DNA of 64,000 nucleotides from the human T2T-CHM13v2.0 reference genome, Homo sapiens. Positions within the stretch are counted from its first letter, which is position 1. The number at the start of each line of letters is the position of its first letter. Shown here piece after piece: positions 15,436 to 28,900 of the stretch. The stretch is from NCBI RefSeq assembly GCF_009914755.1, contig NC_060935.1. One strand, 5' to 3'. The position numbers and the translations under genes were made by a program. The notes below the pieces were generated by a model, which had not been told where the DNA came from, made no database searches, and saw nothing but the letters and a program-made list of their open reading frames with translations.

Positions 15436-16799
15436 CCCTAACCCTAACCCCTAATCCTAACCCTAACCCCTAACCCCTAATCCTAACCCAAACACTAACC
15501 CTAACCCAACCCTAACCCTAACCCTAACCCTAACCCTACCCTAACCCTAACCCTAACCCTAATCCTAACCCTAACCCCTAACCCCTAATCCTAACCCAAA
15601 CCCTAACCCTAACCCAACCCTAACCCTAACCCAACCCTAACCCTAGCCCCTAATCCTAACCCTAACCCCTAACACTAACCCTAACCCTAACGCTAACGCT
15701 AACCCTAACCCTAACCCTAACCCTAATCCTAACCCTAACCCTAACCCTAACCCTAACCCTAACCCTAATCCTAACCCTAGCCCCTAATCCTAACCCTAAC
15801 CCCTAACCCCTAATCCTAACCCAAACCCTAACCCTAACCCAACCCTAACCCTAACCCAACCCTAACCCTAGCCCCTAATCCTAACCCTAACCCCTAACCC
15901 CTAACACTAACCCTAAACCTAACGCTAACCCTAACCCTAACCCTAACCCTAACCCTAACCCTAACGCTAACCCTAACCCTAACCCTAACCCTAACCCTAA
16001 CCCTAACCCTAACGCTAACCCTAACCCTAACCCTAACCCTAACCCAACCCTAACCCTAGCCCCTAATCCTAACCCTAACCCCTAACCCCTAACACTAACC
16101 CTAACCCTAACGCTAACGCTAACCCTAACCCTAACCCTAACCCTAACCCCTAATCCTAACCCTAAAACCCTAACCCTAAAACCCTAACCCTAACCCTTAC
16201 CCTAATCCTAACCCTAATCCTTACCCTTACCCTTACCCTGACCCTAACCCTAACCCTTAACCCCTAACCCCTAACCCTAACCCTTAACCCGAACCATAAC
16301 CCTAAAACGCTAACCCTAACCCTCACCCTCACCCCTCACCCCTCACCCAAACCATAATCCCTAACCCCTAACTCTTAACCCCTAACCCTAACCCTTGACC
16401 CTAACCCTTGACCCAAACCCCTGACCCTGACCCTTAACCCTTAACCCTAACCCTAACCCTAACCACTAACCCTAACCCTTAACCTTCATCCTCACCCTCA
16501 CCCTCACCCCTAACCCTAACCCCTAAGCCCTAACCCAAACCCAAACCCTAAACCCTAACACTAAACCCAACCAGAACCCTAACCTGAACCCTAACCCGAA
16601 CCATAAACCTGAACCCTAAACCCGAACCCGAACCCTAACCATAACCCGAACCCGAACCCTAACCCCTAACCCCTAACCCTAACCCTACCCTAACCCAACC
16701 CTAACCCAACCCTAACTCTAGCCCTAGCCCTAGCCCTAAGCCCTAAGCCCTAAGCCTAACCCCAACCCCAACCCCAACCCTAACCCTAACCCTAACCCT
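15436..16799 (+). repeat. Degenerate interstitial telomeric sequence (CCCTAA)n, ITS-1
   Basis: ~1.36 kb of CCCTAA mixed with CCCCTAA, TCCTAA, CGCTAA, CCCTCA, CCCTGA, CCCGAA and CCCCAA variants. Confidence 0.98.
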
Positions 16800-16859
16800 T
16801 CCTCAGCCTCTCAACCTGCTTGGGTTATAGGTATGAGCCTGGGTGCCTGGCCAAACATT

Positions 16860-17650
16860 CCATTTTATATGTATATGCTAGGAATGAATAATCTCTACAC
16901 CAAATTATGAAAATTCTACCTTAAACAATACCAATAGCAATATTATACTTAGGAATAAATGGAATGAAACGACAAGACTTAGATGAGGGAAATTATAAGA
17001 CATTACTTAAGGAAATTAAACTTCCAGTAAATGTAAAAATGTATCTTATTTGTGGATTTGTAGACCACATTGTTAAGTTTCCCAAAGTACACAAAGCAAT
17101 CCGTGGATTCGATGTTATTCCTACAAAAATCCCAAAGGCCTTGGGACAGAAGTGGATAAGCTGATCCTGATCACATCCCAATTTCAAATTTTATTACAAA
17201 GGAACAGTAATAAAAACAGTGGGATCCTTGCACAGGAATAAACAGAAAGATCAACTGAATTGAATTGGGAGTCCAGACAGAAAACAATACCTCTATGCTC
17301 AACTGATTTTAGACAAGGTCCATTACCAGTAAATTGGGGAAAGAATCCTGTCCTCAACAAGTGATGTAAGGCAACTTGCTATCCACATAAAGGGAAATGA
17401 AATTGTATCCTTACCTCATACCACATAAAAAATTAACTTACAATGGATCAAAGACCAAAACAGGTGAAAACTAAAAACTCTGGAAGAAAACGTACAGTTA
17501 AGCATTCATGACCTTACACGCAGCAATAGTTTCCTACATCTGACACCAAAAGCACAGACCACAAAAGGAAAAATAAATCAATTTATTTCCTCAAAATTCA
17601 CAACTTTTATGTCTCAGAAGACATGAAGAAAAAAGTTGAAAGACAAAATG
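16860..17650 (+). mobile_element. Old LINE-1 (L1M) ORF2 fragment
   Basis: A-rich degenerate L1 ORF2 motifs (TACTTAGGAATAAAT, AAAACAGTGGGATCC, CCTTACCTCATACCACATAAAAAATTAACT, ATGGATCAAAGACC). Confidence 0.75.
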
Positions 17651-18975
17651 TTATAATAGGAAAAACAACTGTCTTATAGTATACTCTCAACACTCAACAC
17701 AGAACACTTCTGTTACCAGATACATGGGTTTTTTCCCCACACAGACCAAATCTTGGGTACCAGCTGCGTGTCCTACAGTGCAATCCAATTGTGACAGTAA
17801 ATGGAGAAAGCATCAGACCCCACAGGCTAAGGGCTCAGTCCTAGGAATACACGCCATGCCCCTTGTCGCTTGCAAATTTAAATGACAAACACAAGGATGG
17901 TAAAAAGAAAGTGACTTTATGCCAGAGCTTAGCTGAAGGGAACATACAGGCTCTTGCCTTAAGGGAAGCGCTTCCACTTTCTGGGCAGAAAGCGGGGCCT
18001 TCGGACTTGCCAGAATGGCATGCAGGGGATGAGGTGAGGAGGTGCGGGGTCTATGGGACATGCTCTGATGTTTTCTCCATTAGGTGGTCTTGCTAGCACC
18101 ACCACGGGCAGAGCCAGGTTGTAAATTGACTGTTGTCTGCTGCCAATCTCCTGGTGGGGGAGAGATATGGAAGTGCCAGTTTGTTTCAAGGTTTGGTCCC
18201 TGGAACTTACAAGTAATCACACAGTTGGAAAAGTTTGCAGTATAGGAAGTGTCTGGTGGAGAGACAGTAAAGCTTATAATTGCATTCCTAAAGAGCTAAA
18301 TGCAGGAACAGCAAAATGGTAAAACTAATTCATTTCTTCTTTAAGAAAATATGGGTACTCAGTTACAAGACTGTAACCACTTAAGATGCCAACCACAAAC
18401 AGTAGGTTCCCAGGTTACCTTCTGTCTGACTTTGCTACAGATTGGAGGCTCCCACAACACCCTTATTGGGTTCAGCAATTTGCTACATCACATTACACAA
18501 CCCATGAAAGCAGTGTACTTACTATTCCTGACTCATTACCAAGGATCTTTTAAACACTACAAATGAAAAGCCAGATGAAGAGATGCACAAGGTGAGGTAT
18601 ATGGAAGGAATGCAGGCCTCCCATGCCCTCGCCAGATATGATCCTCCCAGTATCTCCTGTGTTGGGAGAGCAACACAGATGCTCTCCCAACCCTGTCCTT
18701 TATTACACAGGCAGATTGGTTACGTCTGTGGCCATAGGTGATCAACTCAACCATCAGCACCTCTCCCCTTCACAGAGACGGGACGGGGGAAGAAATTTCA
18801 AATTCTCTCATGACAAGGTTGCTTCCCTTGGCAGCCAGCCCCACTGAGGGTGTCCAGGTGCCCCCAGCCATCAATCATTTCATTAGCATACGAAACACAC
18901 ATTACTTCGTACATTCCCAAGGCTTAGCGCTCTGTTTCAGGACACTGCAGCAGAGACCACACATTAACTCTTATT
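17650..18975 (+). mobile_element. ERV LTR, MER21-like, inserted in L1
   Basis: Starts TGTTATAATAGGAAAAACAAC...ACAGAACACTTCTG; carries CAGCCAGCCCCAC...TCATTTCATTAGCATAC; L1 resumes after ~18990. Confidence 0.55.
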
Positions 18976-18989
18976 ACGTTCCAACAACC

Positions 18990-19430
18990 TATAAAATGGA
19001 AGAAAATGTCTGCACATTAGATACTTCATCAGTGTCTGTTATCCAGAATGTATAAAGAACTTTTACAACTCCATAGCAAAGACAACCCAATCTAAAAATT
19101 GACAAAAGACTTTAATACACACTTCACCAACAAGCACATGAAAAGATGCTTAACATCATTACCATAATTAAAACCATAAAGAGATAACCCTTAACTCACA
19201 CAAGAATAGTTATACTAAAAAATAACAAGTGTTGACAAAGATGTGCAGAAACTTGAACTCTTAAACACTGCTTGTGACAATATGAAATGGTGCAGCCTAC
19301 GTGTAAAATAATTTGATGTTTCCTCATGAAGTTACAAATAGATTTACCATATGAGTCAATGATTCCATTCCTAGGTATATACCCCAAAGACCTGAAAACA
19401 ACTGTTCAAACAAAAACCTGTATGCTCTTT
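18990..19430 (+). mobile_element. Old LINE-1 3' ORF2/3'UTR fragment
   Basis: CACATGAAAAGATGCTTAACATCATTA and ATTCCATTCCTAGGTATATACCCCAAAGA L1 motifs. Confidence 0.75.
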
Positions 19431-19949
19431 AAATGTGTCCAGGTCATAAATATGCAGGAAAGTCTGGGGAACAGTTCCAGGAAAAGAAAACTGGATCGTA
19501 ATGAAAAAAAAAAAAACACATTATACTCCCAAGTGTGGCATGAGGTAAAAGTGAAGTGAGTTTGTGGACCGAATTAAAATGTAGGAACAATGCTGATTTC
19601 CTGATCTAGGGGTTATGTGGTAGTTACCTGGGAGAGTGTCCATGCTTTCAGTACAATATACCGGAGTATTTTGTGGGACACTGCAAATCTGGTACAGCAA
19701 TAACTGTTGGGGAATCTAAGGGAAGAAACAAGTTGTACTTTGTACTACTACTGGAAGTTGCCTAGAAATATGACATTATTGGAAAATAAGTTACTTTTTA
19801 AAACAACCATGTCAGTACCATGCCAGGAAAGCAGACACATCATCAAAATCCATTACAGAGGCTATAGTTCAGCCAAAGCTGTAAAACCCTTAAAAAAGTC
19901 TCAATGTCAACAGAGTCCACGTAGTAGATATTATTATATTTATTAGTAT

Positions 19950-22900
19950 TAGAGGCCATTGTGTCAATATATTAGTGTTAGGGCATGGTATGGATGTTTA
20001 GATTAGTGTTAGGGAATGGTGTGGATATTGTATTGGTGTTGGGGAATGGTGCAGATATTACATTAGTCTTAGGGCATGGTGTGGATATTATTATATTAGT
20101 ATTAGAAGCGATGGTGTGGAGTAGATCAGTGATAGGGCATGGTGTGGATTTTATTACATTAGTATTGGAAGCGATGGTGTGGATTAGATCAGTGATAGGG
20201 CATGGTGTGGATATTATTACATTAGTATTGGAAGCGACGTTCTGGACTAGATCAGTGATAGGACATGGTGTGGATATTATTACATTATTATTGGAAGTGA
20301 TGGTGTGTATTAGATCAGTGATAGGGCATGGTGTGGATATTATTACATTAGTATTGGAAGCGATGCTGTGGACTAGATCAGTGAAAGGGCATGGTGTGTA
20401 TATTATTACATTAGTATTGGAAGCGATGGTGTGGACTAGATCAGTGATAGGGCATGGTGTGGATATTATTACATTAGTATTGGAAGCGATGGTGTGGACT
20501 AATCAGTGATAGGGCATGGTGTGGATATTATTACATTAGTATTGGAAGCGATGGTGTGGACTAGATCAGTGTTAGGGCATGGTGTTGATATTATTACATT
20601 AGTATTGGAAGCGATGGTGTGGATTAGATCAGTGATAGGGCATGGTGTGGATATTATTACATTAGTATTGGAAGCGATGGTGTGGATTAGATCAGTGATA
20701 GGGCATGGTGTGGATATTATTACATTAGTATTGGAAGCGATGGTGTGGATTAGATCAGTGTTAGGGCATGGTGTTGATATTATTACATTAGTATTGGAAG
20801 CGATGGTGTGGACTAGATCAGTGATAGGGCATGGTGTGGATATTATTACATTAGTATTGGAAGCGATGGTGTGGACTAGATCAGTGATAGGGCATGGTGT
20901 GGGTATTATGACATTAGTATTGGAAGCGATGGTGTGGACTAGATCAGTGATAGGGCACGGTGTGGATATTATTACATTAGTATTGGAAGCGATGGTGTGG
21001 ACTAGATCTGTGATAGGGCATGGTGTGGGTATTATGACATTAGTATTGGAAGCGATGGTGTGGACTAGATCATTGATAGGGCATGGTGTGGATATTATTA
21101 CATTAGTATTGGAAGCGATGGTGTGGATTACATCAGTGTTAGGGCATGGTGTGGATACTATTACATTAGTATTGGAAGCGATGGTGTGGACTAGATCAGT
21201 GATAGGGCATGGTGTGGATATTATTACATTAGTATTGAAAGTGATGGTGTGGACTAGATCAGTGATAGGGCACGGTGTGGATATTATTACATTAGTATTG
21301 GAAGCGGTGGTGTGGATTAGATCAGTCATAGGGCATGGTGTGGATTTTATTACATTAGTATTGGAAGCGATGGTGTGGACTAGATCAGTGATAGGGCATG
21401 GTGTGGATATTATTACATTAGTATTGGAAGTGATGGTGTGTATTAGATCAGTGATAGGGCATGGTGTGGATATTATTACATTAGTATTGGAAGCGATGGT
21501 GTGGAGTAGATCAGTGATAGGGCATGGTGTGGATATTATTACATTAGTATTGGAAGCGATGGTGTGGATTAGATCAGTGATAGGGCATGGTGTGGATATT
21601 ATTACATTAGTATTGGAAGCGATGTTGTCGACTAGATCAGTGTTAGGGCATGGTGTTGATATTATTACATTAGTATTGGAAGCGATGGTGTGGACTAGAT
21701 CAGTGATAGGGCATGGTGTGGATATTATTACATTAGTATTGGAAGCGATGGTGTGGACTAGATCAGTGATAGGGCATCGTGTGGATATTATGACATTAGT
21801 ATTGGAAGCGATGGTGTGGACTAGATCAGTGATAGGGCATGGTGTGGATATTATTACATTAGTATTGGAAGCGATGGTGTGGACTAGATCAGTGTTAGGG
21901 CATGGTGTGGATATTATTACATTAGTATTGGAAGCGATGGTGTGGATTACATCAGTGTTAGGGCATGGTGTGGATATTATTACATTAGTATTGGAAGCGA
22001 TGGTGTGGACTAGATCAGTGATACGGCATGGTGTGGATATTATTACATTAGTATTGGAAGTGATGGTGTGGACTAGATCAGTGATAGGGCACGGTGTGGA
22101 TACTATTACATTAGTATTGGAAGCGGTGGTGTGGATTAGATCAGTGATAGGGCATGGTGTGGATATTATTACATTAGTATTGGAAGCGATGGTGTGGACT
22201 AGATCAGTGATAGGGCATGGTGTGGATATTATTACATTAGTATTGGAAGCGATGGTGTGGATTAGATCAGTGATAGGGCATGGTGTGGATATTATTACAT
22301 TAGTATTGGAAGCGATGGTGTGGACTAGATCAGTGATAGGGCATGGTGTGGATATTATTACATTAGTATTGGAAGCGATGGTGTGGATTAGATCAGTGAT
22401 AGGGCATGGTGTGCATATTATTACATTAGTATTGGAAGCGATGTTGTCGACTAGATCAGTGATAGGGCATGGTGTGGATATTATTACATTAGTATTGGAA
22501 GCGATGGTGTGGATTAGATCAGTGATAGGGCATGGTGTGGATATTATTACATTAGTATTGGAAGCGATGGTGTGGATTAGATCAGTGATAGGGCATGGTG
22601 TGCATATTATTACATTAGTATTGGAAGCGATGTTGTCGACTAGATCAGTGATAGGGCATGGTGTGGATATTATTACATTAGTATTGGAAGCGATGGTGTG
22701 GATTAGATCAGTGATAGGGCATGGTGTGGATATTATTACATTAGTATTGGAAGTCATGGTGTGTATTAGATCAGTGATAGGGCATGGTGTGGATATTATT
22801 ACATTAGTATTGGAAGCGATGGTGTGGATTAGATCAGTGATAGGGCATGGTGTGGATATTATTACATTAGTATTGGAAGTGATGGTGTGGATTAGATCAG

Positions 22901-25900
22901 TGATAGGGCATGGTGTGGATATTATTACATTAATATTGGAAGCGATGGTGTGGATTAGATCAGTGATAGGGCATGGTGTGGATATTATTACATTAGTATT
23001 GGAAGTGATGGTGTGGACTAGATCATTGATAGGGCATGGTGTGGATATTATTACATTAGTATTGGAAGCGATGGTGCGGACTAGATCAGTGATAGGGCAT
23101 GGTGTGGATATTATTACATTAGTATTGGAAGCGATGGTGCGGACTAGATCAGTGATAGGGCATGGTGTGGATATTATTACATTAGTATTGGAAGCGATGG
23201 TGTGGACTAGATCAGTGATAGGGCATGGTGTGGATATTATTACATTAGTATTGGAAGCGATGGTGTGGACTAGATCAGTGATAGGGCATGGTGTGGATAT
23301 TATTACATTAGTATTGGAAGCGATGGTGTGGACTAGATCAGTGTTAGGGCATGGTGTTGATATTATTACATTAGTATTGGAAGCGATGGTGTGGACTAGA
23401 TCAGTGATAGGGCATGGTGTGGATATTATTACATTAGTATTGGAAGCGATGGTGTGGACTAGATCAGTGATAGGGCATGGTGTGGGTATTATGACATTAG
23501 TATTGGAAGCGATGGTGTGGACTAGATCAGTGATAGGGCACGGTGTGGATATTATTACATTAGTATTGGAAGCGATGGTGTGGACTAGATCTGTGATAGG
23601 GCATGGTGTGGGTATTATGACATTAGTATTGGAAGCGATGGTGTGGACTAGATCATTGATAGGGCATGGTGTGGATATTATTACATTAGTATTGGAAGCG
23701 ATGGTGTGGATTACATCAGTGTTAGGGCATGGTGTGGATATTATTACATTAGTATTGGAAGCGATGGTGTGGACTAGATCAGTGATAGGGCATGGTGTGG
23801 ATATTATTACATTAGTATTGAAAGTGATGGTGTGGACTAGATCAGTGATAGCGCACGGTGTGGATATTATTACATTAGTATTGGAAGCGGTGGTGTGGAT
23901 TAGATCAGTCATAGGGCATGGTGTGGATATTATTACATTAGTATTGGAAGCGATGGTGTGGACTAGATCAGTGATAGGGCATGGTGTGGATATTATTACA
24001 TTAGTATTGGAAGTGATGGTGTGTATTAGATCAGTGATAGGGCATGGTGTGGATATTATTACATTAGTATTGGAAGCGATGGTGTGGAGTAGATCAGTGA
24101 TAGGGCATGGTGTGGATATTATTACATTAGTATTGGAAGCGATGGTGTGGACTAGATCAGTGATAGGGCATGGTGTGGATATTATTACATTAGTATTGGA
24201 AGCGATGGTGTGGACTAGATCAGTGATAGGGCACGGTGTGGATATTATTACATTAGTATTGGAAGCGATGGTGTGGACTAGATCTGTGATAGGGCATGGT
24301 GTGGGTATTATGACATTAGTATTGGAAGCGATGGTGTGGACTAGATCATTGATAGGGCATGGTGTGGATATTATTACATTAGTATTGGAAGCGATGGTGT
24401 GGATTACATCAGTGTTAGGGCATGGTGTGGATACTATTACATTAGTATTGGAAGCGATGGTGTGGACTAGATCAGTGATAGGGCATGGTGTGGATATTAT
24501 TACATTAGTATTGAAAGTGATGGTGTGGACTAGATCAGTGATAGGGCACGGTGTGGATATTATTACATTAGTATTGGAAGCGGTGGTGTGGATTAGATCA
24601 GTCATAGGGCATGGTGTGGATTTTATTACATTAGTATTGGAAGCGATGGTGTGGACTAGATCAGTGATAGGGCATGGTGTGGATATTATTACATTAGTAT
24701 TGGAAGTGATGGTGTGTATTAGATCAGTGATAGGGCATGGTGTGGATATTATTACATTAGTATTGGAAGCGATGGTGTGGAGTAGATCAGTGATAGGGCA
24801 TGGTGTGGATATTATTACATTAGTATTGGAAGCGATGGTGTGGATTAGATCAGTGATAGGGCATGGTGTGGATATTATTACATTAGTATTGGAAGCGATG
24901 TTGTCGACTAGATCAGTGTTAGGGCATGGTGTTGATATTATTACATTAGTATTGGAAGCGATGGTGTGGACTAGATCAGTGATAGGGCATGGTGTGGATA
25001 TTATTACATTAGTATTGGAAGCGATGGTGTGGACTAGATCAGTGATAGGGCATCGTGTGGATATTATGACATTAGTATTGGAAGCGATGGTGTGGACTAG
25101 ATCAGTGATAGGGCATGGTGTGGATATTATTACATTAGTATTGGAAGCGATGGTGTGGACTAGATCAGTGTTAGGGCATGGTGTGGATATTATTACATTA
25201 GTATTGGAAGCGATGGTGTGGATTACATCAGTGTTAGGGCATGGTGTGGATATTATTACATTAGTATTGGAAGCGATGGTGTGGACTAGATCAGTGATAC
25301 GGCATGGTGTGGATATTATTACATTAGTATTGGAAGTGATGGTGTGGACTAGATCAGTGATAGGGCACGGTGTGGATACTATTACATTAGTATTGGAAGC
25401 GGTGGTGTGGATTAGATCAGTGATAGGGCATGGTGTGGATATTATTACATTAGTATTGGAAGCGATGGTGTGGACTAGATCAGTGATAGGGCATGGTGTG
25501 GATATTATTACATTAGTATTGGAAGCGATGGTGTGGATTAGATCAGTGATAGGGCATGGTGTGGATATTATTACATTAGTATTGGAAGCGATGGTGTGGA
25601 CTAGATCAGTGATAGGGCATGGTGTGGATATTATTACATTAGTATTGGAAGCGATGGTGTGGATTAGATCAGTGATAGGGCATGGTGTGCATATTATTAC
25701 ATTAGTATTGGAAGCGATGTTGTCGACTAGATCAGTGATAGGGCATGGTGTGGATATTATTACATTAGTATTGGAAGCGATGGTGTGGATTAGATCAGTG
25801 ATAGGGCATGGTGTGGATATTATTACATTAGTATTGGAAGCGATGGTGTGGATTAGATCAGTGATAGGGCATGGTGTGCATATTATTACATTAGTATTGG

Positions 25901-28900
25901 AAGCGATGTTGTCGACTAGATCAGTGATAGGGCATGGTGTGGATATTATTACATTAGTATTGGAAGCGATGGTGTGGATTAGATCAGTGATAGGGCATGG
26001 TGTGGATATTATTACATTAGTATTGGAAGTCATGGTGTGTATTAGATCAGTGATAGGGCATGGTGTGGATATTATTACATTAGTATTGGAAGCGATGGTG
26101 TGGATTAGATCAGTGATAGGGCATGGTGTGGATATTATTACATTAGTATTGGAAGTGATGGTGTGGATTAGATCAGTGATAGGGCATGGTGTGGATATTA
26201 TTACATTAATATTGGAAGCGATGGTGTGGATTAGATCAGTGATAGGGCATGGTGTGGATATTATTACATTAGTATTGGAAGTGATGGTGTGGACTAGATC
26301 ATTGATAGGGCATGGTGTGGATATTATTACATTAGTATTGGAAGCGATGGTGCGGACTAGATCAGTGATAGGGCATGGTGTGGATATTATTACATTAGTA
26401 TTGGAAGCGATGGTGCGGACTAGATCAGTGATAGGGCATGGTGTGGATATTATTACATTAGTATTGGAAGCGATGGTGTGGACTAGATCAGTGATAGGGC
26501 ATGGTGTGGATATTATTACATTAGTATTGGAAGCGATGGTGTGGACTAGATCAGTGATAGGGCATGGTGTGGATATTATTACATTAGTATTGGAAGCGAT
26601 GGTGTGGACTAGATCAGTGTTAGGGCATGGTGTTGATATTATTACATTAGTATTGGAAGCGATGGTGTGGACTAGATCAGTGATAGGGCATGGTGTGGAT
26701 ATTATTACATTAGTATTGGAAGCGATGGTGTGGACTAGATCAGTGATAGGGCATGGTGTGGGTATTATGACATTAGTATTGGAAGCGATGGTGTGGACTA
26801 GATCAGTGATAGGGCACGGTGTGGATATTATTACATTAGTATTGGAAGCGATGGTGTGGACTAGATCTGTGATAGGGCATGGTGTGGGTATTATGACATT
26901 AGTATTGGAAGCGATGGTGTGGACTAGATCATTGATAGGGCATGGTGTGGATATTATTACATTAGTATTGGAAGCGATGGTGTGGATTACATCAGTGTTA
27001 GGGCATGGTGTGGATATTATTACATTAGTATTGGAAGCGATGGTGTGGACTAGATCAGTGATAGGGCATGGTGTGGATATTATTACATTAGTATTGAAAG
27101 TGATGGTGTGGACTAGATCAGTGATAGCGCACGGTGTGGATATTATTACATTAGTATTGGAAGCGGTGGTGTGGATTAGATCAGTCATAGGGCATGGTGT
27201 GGATATTATTACATTAGTATTGGAAGCGATGGTGTGGACTAGATCAGTGATAGGGCATGGTGTGGATATTATTACATTAGTATTGGAAGTGATGGTGTGT
27301 ATTAGATCAGTGATAGGGCATGGTGTGGATATTATTACATTAGTATTGGAAGCGATGGTGTGGAGTAGATCAGTGATAGGGCATGGTGTGGATATTATTA
27401 CATTAGTATTGGAAGCGATGGTGTGGACTAGATCAGTGATAGGGCATGGTGTGGATATTATTACATTAGTATTGGAAGCGATGGTGTGGACTAGATCAGT
27501 GATAGGGCATCGTGTGGATATTATGACATTAGTATTGGAAGCGATTGTGTGGACTAGATCAGTGATAGGGCATGGTGTGGATATTATTACATTAGTATTG
27601 GAAGCGATGCTGTGGATTAGATCAGTGATAAGGCATGGTGTGGATATTATTACATTAGTATTGGAAGCGATGGTGTGGATTAGATCAGTGATAAGGCATG
27701 GTGTGGATATTATTACATTAGTATTGGAAGCGATGGTGTGGACTAGATCAGTGATAGGGCATGGTGTGGATATTATTACATTAGTATTGGAAGCGATGGT
27801 GTGTATTAGATCAGTGATAGGGCATGGTGTGGATATTATTACATTAGTATTGGAAGCGATGGTGTGGACTAGATCAGTGATAGGGCATGGTGTGGATATT
27901 ATTACATTAGTATTGGAAGCGATGGTGTGGACTAGATCAGTGATAGGGCATGGTGTGGATATTATTACATTAGCATTGGAAGCGATGGTGTGGATTAGAT
28001 CAGTGATAGGGCATGGTGTGGATATTATTACATTAGTATTGGAAGCGATGGTGTGGACTAATCAGTGATAGGGCATGGTGTGGATATTATTACATTAGTA
28101 TTGGAAGCGATGGTGTGGACTAGATCAGTGTTAGGGCATGGTGTTGATATTATTACATTAGTATTGGAAGCGATGGTGTGGATTAGATCAGTGATAGGGC
28201 ATGGTGTGGATATTGTTACATTAGTATTGGAAGCGATGGTGTGGATTACATCAGTGTTAGGGCATGTTGTGGATATTATTACATTAGTATTGGAAGCGGT
28301 GGTGTGGATTAGATCAGTGATAGGGCATGGTGTTGATATTATTACATTAGTATTGCAAGCGATGGTGTGGACTAGATCAGTGATAGGGCATGGTGTGGAT
28401 ATTATTACATTAGTATTGGAAGCGATGGTGTGTATTAGTTCAGTGATAGGGCATGGTGTGGATATTATTACATTAGTATTGGAAGCGATGGTGTGGACTA
28501 GATCAGTGATAGGGCATTGTGTGGATATTATTACATTAGTATTGGAAGCGATGGTGTGGATTAGATCAGTGATAGGGCATGGTGTGGATATTATTACATT
28601 AGTATTGGAAGCGATGTTGTGGACTAGATCAGTGTTAGGGCATGGTGTTGATATTATTACATTAGTATTGGAAGCGATGGTGTGGATTAGATCAGTGATA
28701 GGGCATGGTGTGGATATTATTACATTAGTATTGGAAGCGATGGTGTGGACTAGATCATTGATAGGGCATGGTGTGGATATTATTACATTAGTATTGGAAG
28801 TGATGGTGTGTATTAGATCAGTGATAGGGCATGGTGTGGATATTATTACATTAGTATTGGAAGCGATGGTGTGGATTACATCAGTGTTAGGGCATGGTGT

